A stretch of DNA of 64,000 nt from Sphyrna mokarran (lineage: Eukaryota), in assembly GCA_024679065.1 (NCBI GenBank), contig JAGIQG010000002.1, positions 36,580,001-36,644,000 of the forward strand. Direction: 5' to 3'. Positions 53,521 to 64,000 of the stretch are shown piece after piece (within the stretch, counting starts at the first letter, position 1; each line of letters starts with the position of its first letter). The notes beneath the pieces were generated by a model that saw nothing but the letters and a program-made list of their open reading frames with translations, searched no databases and was not told the origin of the DNA. A program made the position numbers and the translations under genes.

Positions 53521-56419
53521 TGCAGGCACAGGTATTGTCACTGATGATAACCTTGTATGGGCCATTCCATTTGGGAGGCAAACCTGGGTTAATTGATTTT
53601 CCTTATTGTCTTTAACATACCCTTCAGTTGGGTGCCTAACTGTAAAACATATCTGATTCTATCTCATAGAGGGCCTATATCTGTCCCCCTGGTAATTATG
53701 GATTCATGCGGTTGCATAGCCCTTCTGGTCATTAACTCAAGGGTTACTGTTAGCCTGACTAGTATAGTGGGCAATATCTCGGTTCACGTTTTTTCCCATG
53801 TCTGTATGGCTTTAGCAAATGCGTTATACATTTGATTGCATATTCCCCTTCCACAGAAACCTTAGTATGAATCAACTAACACTTTGTACTGGCTTTTGGC
53901 TGCAGCTGGACATCCATTCATTTGTATGTAATCCCATTAAAATTCATCGCTTTCCCCATTAAAATCGTGTGTCATACAACTCCAATCTTTATATGATGTA
54001 CTCTTACATTATACCTAATTTGATTATTTGACCGCATTTGAAAGTGTGATGTTTAAACAGAAATGATTCTTGTATAGTAGATTTTCTCATGAGGTAAATA
54101 GCAATGTTTCATGGTCATAGATGCCAATTGTTTATGCAGCCAGACACAGTTTGTACCCAACTCTTTAAAAACACAGATAACTGAAAAGTTGTAATAAGCT
54201 ATCTGTTGTGTTCAGCCAAACACTGCAAGATTTTTGAGCTGGCTGTATAATCAGTCTCCAACTCTTTCTGTATCTCTTTTGTAAGTAATCTGATCTCACT
54301 TTCTCATATTAATGAAATTGGTTAAGGTTTTTCAGGATTTGATTTTATTCTTAGGTCTATATGGCAGTGTGATATTGTATAATAAAAATAATCACGCGAC
54401 AGTTGTATCATACCACTTTACATATCAAAATCATGATATCCAAACCCTTTTAATTTGTTTCTATTTTAAACTGAGTTAAGTTTTGCAGTTCAAGACAAAC
54501 CTAGAACAATAGCTGGCACATGAAATTCCAATGGCAGTACATAATTGTTAGACGTTCGTAAATTGCGATATGCTGCAGTCTTCACTGACTTGATATATTT
54601 TAAATTGACTCATAGTGTATTTATTATTTCACTATTATTACAAAATCATTCTTTTGTTCCTACTTTTCTACCTTTTCTACAAAGTTACTTATTCTCTTCT
54701 CTTAACTTCTCAATTAACTCTTGCGTAATTTCTATTTCAAGACAAAGGAAAGAGCGTATGGTTTCCTCCAAGGTTTATATCCTTTCTTAAACTTCAATTT
54801 ACTTTCCAATTTTTATTTAAACTCTGTATCAAACCCACTGTTGTAAAATCACAATCGGGGAGGAACATTAAAGCAAATAATAAGGAAATATCCACGCAAC
54901 CGCTTTATTAAACACACATGGAAGTTTCCAACATGCATTCGGGCAAAGTCGTCTTCATTCGTCTTTCTTCCAAACTGTAATTAAACTCAAAACAGAAGTA
55001 AATTCAAGAAATCTTATACTTTAACAGTTTTAACAATTTCTCAACCCCTTTGAAGTTAAACTGAAATGTAAAGTGTTGCATTTGTTACCCACAATAAATA
55101 CTCCACAAAAAGACAAGTGACCAGATTACACAAACACACTGAAATACAAAAATTAAGATTATAACAGGGTGTGCTTTGTGATCAGCTCTACTCCTGGTTT
55201 GTAGTTGATTCACTACTTGCGCACATTTTAAACACACGCTCCTATTCTATCTTATGTAACTCCCTTTTCTGTTCGTTTTTTTTTTCCCGACTTTATGTCC
55301 TAAAATTACTGCAAATCTTATAACATTAAGATCCGTCCTGTCTGGGGCAGAATGGGTTAATTCTCTGCTTGCTTCAGCAGAAGGGCAGTGGGAATAAGTT
55401 CGCTCAGATGGCCTTTTCAAACACTTAGGAATAATTCTTTCATTGTCAGTTCTTTCAGGAACACATCTTTAAATTTAACAAAAGCCTGATCCAGAAGATC
55501 CAAAATAAGATTTATTTTTATTATCTTTAAATATCCCTACTAAATTAAGACCCTTCCACATTCTTACAATTCTGGCACAGTAAAACAAAACATTTTACAA
55601 GAGCACACAACTGGATCTTATCACTTGGAGCTTGGATGCACAAAGAAATACTGAAAGCATACTAATATGCAGCAATCTACATGATTAATTATTTTTACGG
55701 CTCAGCCTTTGTAACCAACACAGGCAAATACAAAATCAAATCTATTGTGTGTCTAAGTGGCTAACTCTCCTTGCAACTTTTCAGATGTAATGTAATGCCA
55801 CCTTTCCCACTAGGCAGAGCTCAAATCTCTGTCTGATCCCTACTTAATTTATTAAACTTGAAGCAATGCACTTTGGCTATACCCTATTACACCTCTCGAT
55901 TGTAGGCTCTTGATTGCACAATTATTTTCTCTCTCTCTCTCTCTCTGTACCATACAGAGTCAGCCTGCTTGTTTCTTTTTAGCTCACTGACCTCTAATAA
56001 CTCTGGGTATGTTTGATTCAGGTGCCTCCTGTGACAAATCCCCTCTCTCCCTAACAATCATATGGTCATGCACAATTCCAAATACTTATCTGCTCTCAGT
56101 GTAAATGTTCTCCCCACACCTCAGTAAAAGCCTGTGTCAGGACTACCAATTCCACCACTTGTGCTGACATACCTCCCTCTACCCTTCCTGCTTGGACCAC
56201 TTGTAAGTCCATCCAGTTTGCGGTGACTCATCCAGGGTCTCTTCCGGTACCTTAGGGGCACCTCCTGTATTCCACTTTCCTCTGCTCCCTCATCTACATT
56301 CCCACATGTATGTGGTCTTCTTTCACCTAACCTTCCTTTGGCGGTGTTCTCTGTCATATCTCATATGATGTTGATGCTGGGGGGGGAGGAACACTGCCTC
56401 CCACTTCGCCCTTCTTGTT

Positions 56420-56635
56420 GGCTCAGCCAATTTAGCAAACTCTGGCATAAAGTTGCAGTTATAATTAAATAATCCCAAAACCTTCCTTACTCCTCGGACA
56501 GTCACCAGCATTTGCTATATGGTGGCTTTCCTGTCCATGGGCATCTCCTTGATCCCTTTGGATATTAAATGTCCCAGATATAATACCTGTGTCTTTCCTA
56601 TTCGGACCTCTTCTGGATTTGCCTTTAACCCTTGA
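56420..56635 (-). pseudogene. Retroviral RT C-terminal remnant
   Basis: GLKANPEEVRIGKTQVLYLGHLISKG...TVRGVRKVLGLFNYNCNFMPEFAKLAEP, with a frameshift and a stop. Confidence 0.75.
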
Positions 56636-56950
56636 TCTTCCTTCTACTCCGGCGATCAGTCAGACAGATTCTTTCTTACATCTGAACATCACACCCATTT
56701 CTGCAGGCTTCACACCCATTTCAAAATCCTGACCTTCACGTGGGGAGCTACCCCTCTTAACAACCGAAGACTGGGTATAAAGACAGATGCCTCCTTGTCC
56801 GTACGTGTTCAGATCAGACCTCTTTCTCTCTCACCCTTTCACCACAGATGAGCACCTTCTGTGCATACTGTACTTTGACCCACTCCCTTAAGTTCGATGA
56901 ACTATTCCAAAGCTCCAGGATTCAAACAGATCCTGGGTTTCTGCACCAAT

Positions 56951-57637
56951 TGTTGTAGGTAAGGATATCTCTGAGACTAATTGTGAATCCAAGTACAGCA
57001 AATTTATTCAAAAGCTTTTGGGAGATACACCTGGTACCCAACAGCAGTTCCCCAGGCGTCTCCTGGAACACAACTTAAGAGCATATATTTATACCCCCCC
57101 CCCCAGTTACATGTGCATCTTCCCAGTCTCAGCAGTTTCCCAAGCTGTGAGTTGCCCTCCATCGTGGGAACATGGCTACCTTGGCATTTCTTCATGGTTG
57201 TCTCAGAACTGCAATTGACTTGTGTGATTAGCCCTTAGCTAACATACAGGCTGACAAGACAAGTTAAAATTAATGGGAATGGTGTAACAATCTATGTTAA
57301 GTTGCATAGCATGTAATATGTATAATATGTTGGTACATGATACATAAGCAGTACGTAACAAATATATATTTAGGACTTGCAAGCTTCAGTATGTTAGGTG
57401 AAAGTCCGTGAAATTAAAGTTACAAACAGAAATACAAGCTGGGTTAGCTATATTTCTGAATGGACTATCGTAAGCTTGTGTACAACAGCAAGAGCAGCTA
57501 CAGCATCTCTGTCTGGGTACACGAAAATAAATTTTGCATCTATCTGAGGTACATGAAAACAAACGGCATGTAAGTTGCACAATTTTTTTTTCATTTTCCC
57601 AAGTACTATAACGTTCATTAACCCATTCGCTACTGTA
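56951..57637 (-). repeat. 5' LTR (687 bp)
   Basis: Abuts the PBS. Minus-strand TATAAATA near 57085-57092 and AATAAA at 57003-57008. The outer TG is mutated. Confidence 0.88.
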
Positions 57638-58052
57638 CAAGAAACTACAAAAGGTCATGAATAGAGCCCAATCCGTCACGTAAACCAGTCTCCCATTGAC
57701 TCTGTCTACACTGCCAGCTGCCTTGGCAAAGCAGCCAGCATAATTAAAGACCCTAAGCACTCCGGACATTCATTTTTCCACCTTCTTCCTTTGGGGAGAA
57801 AGATACAAAAGTCCGAGGTCATATACCAACCAATTCAAGAACTTCTTCCCTGCTGTTGTCAGAAATTTGAATGGATCTATCTTGTGTTAAGTTGATCTGT
57901 CTCTATACCCCACCTATGACTGTAACACTACATTCTGCACTCTTGTTTCTTTCTCTGAATGTTATGTTTTGTCTGCATAGCGCGCAAGAAACAATACTTT
58001 TCTCTTTATGTTAATACATGTGACAATAATAAAACAAATAATAAAAAAAATC
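57638..58052 (+). mobile_element. Rex1/Babar LINE 3' fragment, right part
   Basis: KKLQKVMNRAQ continues the left part. Ends GTGACAATAATAAA plus an A-rich tail. Confidence 0.8.
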
Positions 58053-58965
58053 TATCAAGGATTAGATCTTTTCAAATTGTCTTAGGATTATCTTAGAGTC
58101 TTTTCCTTCCTTTGTCTGGAAGCTTAACCACTCAAATTTTTCGATGGGTCTGTGAGGTTTAATAGGGTAAATGTTTGTACCTTCTTCAACTTGACAATGC
58201 AGTACTGCAATAAAAACACCATTCTTTCTGAAACTTTCCAAAACTTTGAGCAAAATTTTCTTTAAGGACTAATAAGTTGATGTGGTGAAGTCCTCGTGCC
58301 ACACTGTTGTGTATTCCTTAAATCACCGACATCAAGGACTTCCAAAGTAGTTTGTAGCTGTTGGCCTAGCAATATACAGCACCAAGATCCCAAAGAAACT
58401 CCCATGATCCCTCCACCATGACTTCTTTTGTTGTCATGTTATCACTTGGTCTACAAGTGAGAATTTCGAGCCTGCATCCACTCCAGCCTTGATCATAGCA
58501 GCTGACTAAATTGATATCACTTTTTTTTTTGTTGTCTTCCACTGCCGTTCCATCTTTTGTAAAGAAGGACTTTTTGATATCCATTCTGTTTGACGTTCAA
58601 AACTTGAACCCATGCATGCACTTTGTCCTTTGTCGTAGTTTAACTTCAAAGTGAATGTTGCCGATCCACTTTTTCTACACCCATTCTTAGTCTTCTAACT
58701 TTGTGAAATACTGTCAAGTGACAACCATGCAAGGCTGAAAAACTAATATTTATCCCTCCCATCCTTTTGTATCACTGACCATTGGAAATCGGTTTTAATG
58801 GTTCACTGTGTCTTGGTGAGAATAAATTGTTTTAATCTTGTAATTAAAATGTGCAGGCATCTAAAGTGTAGTAGTGGTTTTCTTTCCAAATATTGCAATT
58901 TTTGTGATCTGTTAACATGGGAGGATATTCATCATACTTATCTTGAATGTTTTTTACACATTCAG

Positions 58966-59104
58966 ACACCACTGCTGGCTACTGTGCGAACTCCTTATAG
59001 AACGCCGAAAAGTGTGCGGAGAGGTCCGGCTCCAACTGAAGGAGAGAGAATTCTGGGAACACCGGATTACTTGGCCCCTGAGTTACTCTTGAGAATGCCA
59101 CATG
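58966..59104 (+). CDS. MASTL: MASTL coding exon 9; gene continues beyond the window
   Basis: attcag|ACA...CAT G|gtaaga; 139 nt; [34 protein letters not shown]. No DWW (subdomain IX) exon was seen before 64000. Confidence 0.96.
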
Positions 59105-60719
59105 GTAAGAGAAACCACCATTATAGCAGCTTAATAAATGTATTTGATGAACAGAAAGTGTTGGAAATAACAAGCAAATCTGTCAGTATTTGTAGGGAAA
59201 AGGTGAGTTGATGTTTCAGGTGCAGACCTTTCCTCCAAGCTGAGAACTGAGGTAACCAAATCCTTCAGTTGAGTGGAAATTGAGTGAGTCAAGTTTTGAG
59301 AATTAAACCTCTTTCCCAATAGCCTCATCACTTCGGAATTGATAAATCATTTGTGCCCTTCATTTGATCTGTTACTTTTGCAGGCTCCCTAATGTGGCAT
59401 AAACATTTTGAATTTTTCTTTTTCTTGTTTCGTGGGTTGTGGGGATGTGGGCGTCCACATTACTGTGGCTCGGGAATCACATTCATTCAGATTATGTAAG
59501 AATGACAGATTTCCAGCCCTAAAGAGCATTAGTGAACCAGATTGATTGTCATAAAAATCTATGATAGTTTCATAGTCACCATTGCTGAAACTAGCTTTTA
59601 ATTCCAGATTTTAATTCTATCTGACATGATACAACCATGTCCCCAGAACATTGACTTGGGCCTCTGAATTATTAGTCCCATCGTATGCTCCAATCATATT
59701 CCTCCATGTAAATACATAGCTTGAATTTATCCACAATGAAAGATGTATGCCACATTCTACAAACCATTGATTTAGCCTTAATTGCTCACCATGTGCAATA
59801 CCATCTTGTATTCTGCAGGCTGGTTATCTTCATTAATAAAGATTATTACAAAAATCGTCCAACCACTAAGCCCATAGAATTTTGTGCTTGCTCTGGCACC
59901 TTAAGTCTGTTTTAATATTGACAACTGCCCACTTTGTATAAAATAGCAACCAGTTACCAAACCACTGTCATATCAACCTGTATCATATACTTCAATATTT
60001 CACATTCACATTGTCCCTTTTACATAAGTAATTTCCCAAGCCAGTGTTAGGAAAACTGACATCATGCCAAAAAGTGTGACCAAAAATTTGCATGAATAGA
60101 TTGATGTTGAGAAGAATTTTAAGAGAGAAAAAGAAATCTTAGGGAAATTCAGAGTTGGACTTAGGCAGTTGAAAGATTTACCACTGACAGCGGATCAGAG
60201 GATTGGGGTATTCATTGCAAGACCAGAATCTGAGGATTAGTGTTTTCAGGACAGGGTCTATAGGGTTGAAGGCAACTACAAAGTTAAGTGAGGATTATGG
60301 ATGGGTTTAAAAACAACAACAACAACAAGGATTTAAAATTTGATCTGGGGATAGAGGGTGCCACTTTAGGTCACTGAGGACAAGGATGATGGGAAAGGGT
60401 AGGGCAGGATATGTTTCTGCAGGAGTTGGGCATGTGTAATTTACATTATATACAATAAAGAAATGACTCAAGCCAGGGGAATCTTGGCAGTAATAAAATC
60501 TGGAAGTCTAAAAGATTTAACAACTGACAGACATGAAGTTAAATTCTTGAAACCAGTTATCATTTAGGGAAATAAAATTATTTGGACTAAGCATGGATTA
60601 GAGTATTTAAGCAAGCTGCTTTATTTAACTACGTCTATATACTAGGTGCCAAGCTCTGATTATACATGTACTATTTTTAAATTTAAAAATTTCCTATTTC
60701 AAACTTTAGGTTGTGAAGT

Positions 60720-60759
60720 ATCGCTTCTCGGCCTTTTGGCTAAGATCAAGTGTAGTATC
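60720..60759 (+). pseudogene. RNU2: U2 snRNA 5' fragment (nt 1-40)
   Basis: ATCGCTTCTCGGCCTTTTGGCTAAGATCAAGTGTAGTATC is identical to the vertebrate U2 5' end. Similarity stops after nt 40. Confidence 0.92.
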
Positions 60760-61029
60760 AATATACTGTGCTTGGTTGAAGTCATTAGGTTACGTTTTAG
60801 CTTCACTTGAAGCAATTTTTAAAAGCGGCCTCTTGGCCTTTTGGCTAAGATGCAAATGAGATCAAGCCTTGGAGGCGGAGCTAATGCCTACTCCAATCAG
60901 CTTGGATCATGTAGATCAAGCCCAAGACAGGAGGTGAGAGCCCTGTCTTGTCAGCTTGGATCGGGAATGTCTCAACTTGTTGAGACTCTGAATTGAATTG
61001 GACTTGATTTGATTGAATTGGAATAAAAA
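60720..61029 (+). mobile_element. Candidate U2-headed SINE-like or chimeric retroelement
   Basis: U2 head, structured body, second U2-like motif at 60828-60851, (GAATT/GATTT)n tail, then AATAAAAAC. Confidence 0.55.
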
Positions 61030-61589
61030 CAAAGTTCTACAATATGGTAAGATTGTTGCAATCTAAGCACTTTTATTATTGCAAGTGGCAGTAAGTAGAG
61101 TAGGTGCAAAATTAGAATCAGTTAAGTGATGCATGTTCTAGGGTTTATTAGCTGTGGTGCTTTGCCTCAATGGAACATGTTAAAGTCAGATTACTTATGT
61201 TTCAATTAAAAGATTCGAGGTGTGAAATTTTGCTGCAATATATCCTGTCCCATTGGAATTGGCAAAGTTGCTTAGTAGTCACCTATTTTAACTTGAACTA
61301 ACAAGGTGATAGTATTATAAATTATAGCATACAAGTTAATTTTCTTTCACTAATTTTGGCAAAATACTTAGATTTTTCTCAAACCTTTTTATATCGTTGC
61401 ATGTAACTCTTTATTTAAATTGTCAATCATAGGATCTAAAATTGCTTAATGTTCGTACTTTATCTTTTAAACTTTAAGATGCATTCAATGCTTCGATAGT
61501 TTAAAGGCAGTGGTAATAAAAAGCTCCTCAAATGGCAGGGCTGGCTTCATTATCTCTCTAACCTCAGTGCTCAGTGTTCCTTGCACTCA

Positions 61590-61800
61590 CATTGTTAGCC
61601 ACTTTAAGACTTGAATAGCAGATTAGGTGTAAGGATTCGCATTCTAATCAGCAACCTGTAAACTGTCTGTGCTGATATGTGTGCTTTTGGAAACCAGAAC
61701 ACCTCATTCACCTGACGAAGGCACAAATGCCAAAAGCTAGCAGATTTACTATTAAATAAATCGGTTGGATTTAAAATTGGTGTTGCCAGACCTCTTACTT
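61590..61800 (+). mobile_element. Penelope-like pseudo-LTR fragment
   Basis: Similar to 27010-27212; CTGACGA-hairpin-AAAAGCT at 61712-61738. A shorter copy is at about 46405-46495. Confidence 0.65.
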
Positions 61801-62639
61801 CTTTGCTATAAGAACTGTATTCAACAAAAACAGTGCATTGTGTTTAAAATTGGCATTTATAAGCCACTATCATGTTAGCTAATTATTTCTGTGGTGGGAA
61901 ATTACTGGAGAAACATATGTATTATAGCAAACCAGATTAAAATTTGATAATGGCAAAAACAGTAAGAATTATAGGCGGCTTTCCAAAGTATTTGGGAAGT
62001 CCCATGGGTTTCTGTTTGGGATTCCAATGTTTCATGCATGTTGCTGAAATTTTCAGATCATAACAAAAATATGAATTGTGATTGGTTATTTAGAAGACTA
62101 AGTTTAATGTGATATTGATAAAATGGGCTACAAAGTAGCAAATGGAATTTAACATCAGTATTGAAATTATACTCGTTTTATTGAATTACAGTAGCGATGT
62201 GTTCTCTGTGATTGTAAGCTGTATGCTATGAAAGAGTAGGGGGATTTGAAGGTTCAAGTTCTCATGATAGTAAAAATAATATGTCCCTGCTGATAAATTC
62301 CTTGAACTTTTTCCAACATTTAACAACAGTTGTACTACAGATGATTTACACCTTTTTTAATTTCTTTGGAGCTTTGCCCCCATACCTTGGTATCATTATC
62401 ATATAAAATCTGTCACACACTCAGTCTTGAAACTTTTTAATTTAACTTATATTCCCAGTCTTGAGGCACGAATTCCAGGTTTCTTCTACCCTTTGTGGGA
62501 GAAGTGCGATCTAATCTCACTTTTGAATGGCTGAACTTTAATTTTAATTGTGCCCCATGCTATTTATTCTCCCATCACAGGATTTTTTTCATAACTACTC
62601 TATACATCCCTTTAATGTTGATTTAGTTTATATTTCAGC

Positions 62640-64000
62640 CCTTTTTATTCATTCAAAGGATGTGGGCTTCACAGACTAGGCCAGCATTCATTGTCCATGT
62701 CTAAATGCTCCTGCAAAGATGGTGATGAGCTGCCTTCTTGACACCTGTAGTCTCATGTGGTAGAAGTAGACCAACGGTGCTGTTAGAGAAGGAATCCCAG
62801 GTTTTGATTCCAGAGAAAGTGAGAAATGGTGAGATATTTCCAAGTTAGGATAACATGTTTGGGAGGGGAGCTTCAATGGGAAGGGTGGGGGGTGTGTTAC
62901 CTTGTCCTTCTGGATGGTAGTGGTCGTAGGTTTGCAAGATGCTATCTGAGGAGCCTTGGACTGTTGCAGTGTATTTTGTACGTGATGCATTCTGCTACTA
63001 GTGTGCGTCAGTCCTGGATGGTGTGAATGTTTGTGATAAGGGGATGTCATTTAAGCAGGCTGCTTTGTCCTAAATAGTGTCAAGCTTATGTATTATTGGA
63101 GCTGCAGACATCCAGGCAAAGGGAAAGTGTTCTGTCATACTCCTGACTTGTGCCTTGTAGATTAGCTTTTGGTAGAGAAAAGAGTGGAGTTACATACTGC
63201 AGGATTACTAGCCTCTGATTTTCTCTCGTAGCTATAGTATTTCTATGGCTGGTTCAGTCTTTGGTCAATGATAACCCCTAAGATGTTGACAGTGGGAGAT
63301 TCAGTGGTAATGCCATTAATTGCCAAGGGCCAATGGTTAGACTTTCTCCTGTTGGCAGTAGTCATTGTTGGGCACGTGTGTGATGTGAATGTGCCACTTA
63401 CCAGCCCAAGCCTATCCCGGGCTACATTTGGACATGACTGGTTCAGTATCTTGAGGAGTCACAAATGTTGCTGTACGTTGCAATCATTAACAAACTTAGC
63501 CACTTTAGACTTATGATAGAAGGAATGTCATTGATGAAGCAGTGGTGTCTTGGAGCTGAAATGATTGACCTCCAATAACCACATCCATCTCCCTTGTGCT
63601 AGGTATGACTCCAACTAGTAGAGAACTTTCCCAATTCCCGTTGATTCCAATTTTGTCATGGATCCTTGATGCTACGCTTAGTCAAATATGTCACTCTCAT
63701 CTCTGCTCTGGAGTTCCGCTCTTTTGCCCATGTTTGAACCAAGACCATAATGAGGTGAGGAGCTGAGTACAAACTCAGCAAGCAGGTTATTGCTTAGCAA
63801 GTGCCATTTAATAGCACTGTTGGTGACTCCTTCCCTAACTTTACTGAGATTGAGAGTAGACTGATGGGGTGATAACTGGCCAGGTTGGATTTGTTCTGCT
63901 TTGTGTACAAAACATACCTGAGAAATTCCATATTGCTGGATAGATGCCAGTGTTGAGCTTTACTGGAACAGTCTACAGGCGCATTGCGTGACATATGTTC
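62640..64000 (-). mobile_element. Old CR1/L2-group LINE 3' region
   Basis: SYHPISLLSI near 63860; same family and tail as 14250-15200. Confidence 0.65.

Larger units (their letters stand above)
51872..57637 (-). mobile_element. Defective endogenous retrovirus (two LTRs, pol and env remnants)
   Basis: LTRs at 56951-57637 (5') and 51872-52488 (3'). PBS TGGTGCAGAAACCCAGGA at 56931-56948; polypurine tract AACAGGGGAGAG at 52489-52500; TSD CAAG at 51868-51871 and 57638-57641. Confidence 0.92.

Noticed and set aside
60720-60910. Functional U2 snRNA gene
   Set aside because: Only nt 1-40 match. Stems IIa/IIb, the canonical Sm site and stems III-IV are absent, and no PSE was recognised.
60860-60962. 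CRISPR-like repeat-spacer array
   Set aside because: Only two units, the 'spacers' are self-complementary stems, the context is eukaryotic, and there are no cas genes.
59105-64000. MASTL exon 10
   Set aside because: No phase-1 exon encoding the DWWALG motif was found; it presumably lies downstream.

Overview
Vertebrate genomic DNA, most likely from a shark (inferred from HE1-like V-SINEs, SacSINE/Deu-type SINEs and CR1 LINEs with (TTCTATG)n tails). The only host gene is MASTL/Greatwall kinase on the + strand. Nine coding exons (12910-59104; 2440 nt, 813 codons) splice in frame with no stop, and the last exons lie beyond the window. Intron 1 uses a GC donor, and the promoter has CCAAT, CHR, E2F and MYB-like motifs. 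The rest is transposon-derived: young and old CR1 LINEs (one nested in another), a full-length RTE with a 12-bp TSD, an env-bearing two-LTR provirus (tRNA-Phe PBS, 4-bp TSD) inserted in a Rex/Babar LINE, a Gypsy relic, Harbinger-type MITEs and relics, Penelope fragments with decayed hammerhead motifs, and SINEs. The most unusual item is a ~310-bp element in intron 9 (60720-61029). It begins with the exact first 40 nt of U2 snRNA and continues into a non-U2 body with a second U2-like motif and repeated hairpin modules, making it a candidate U2-headed SINE or structured RNA. All family names come from motif recognition by eye; no searches were run.
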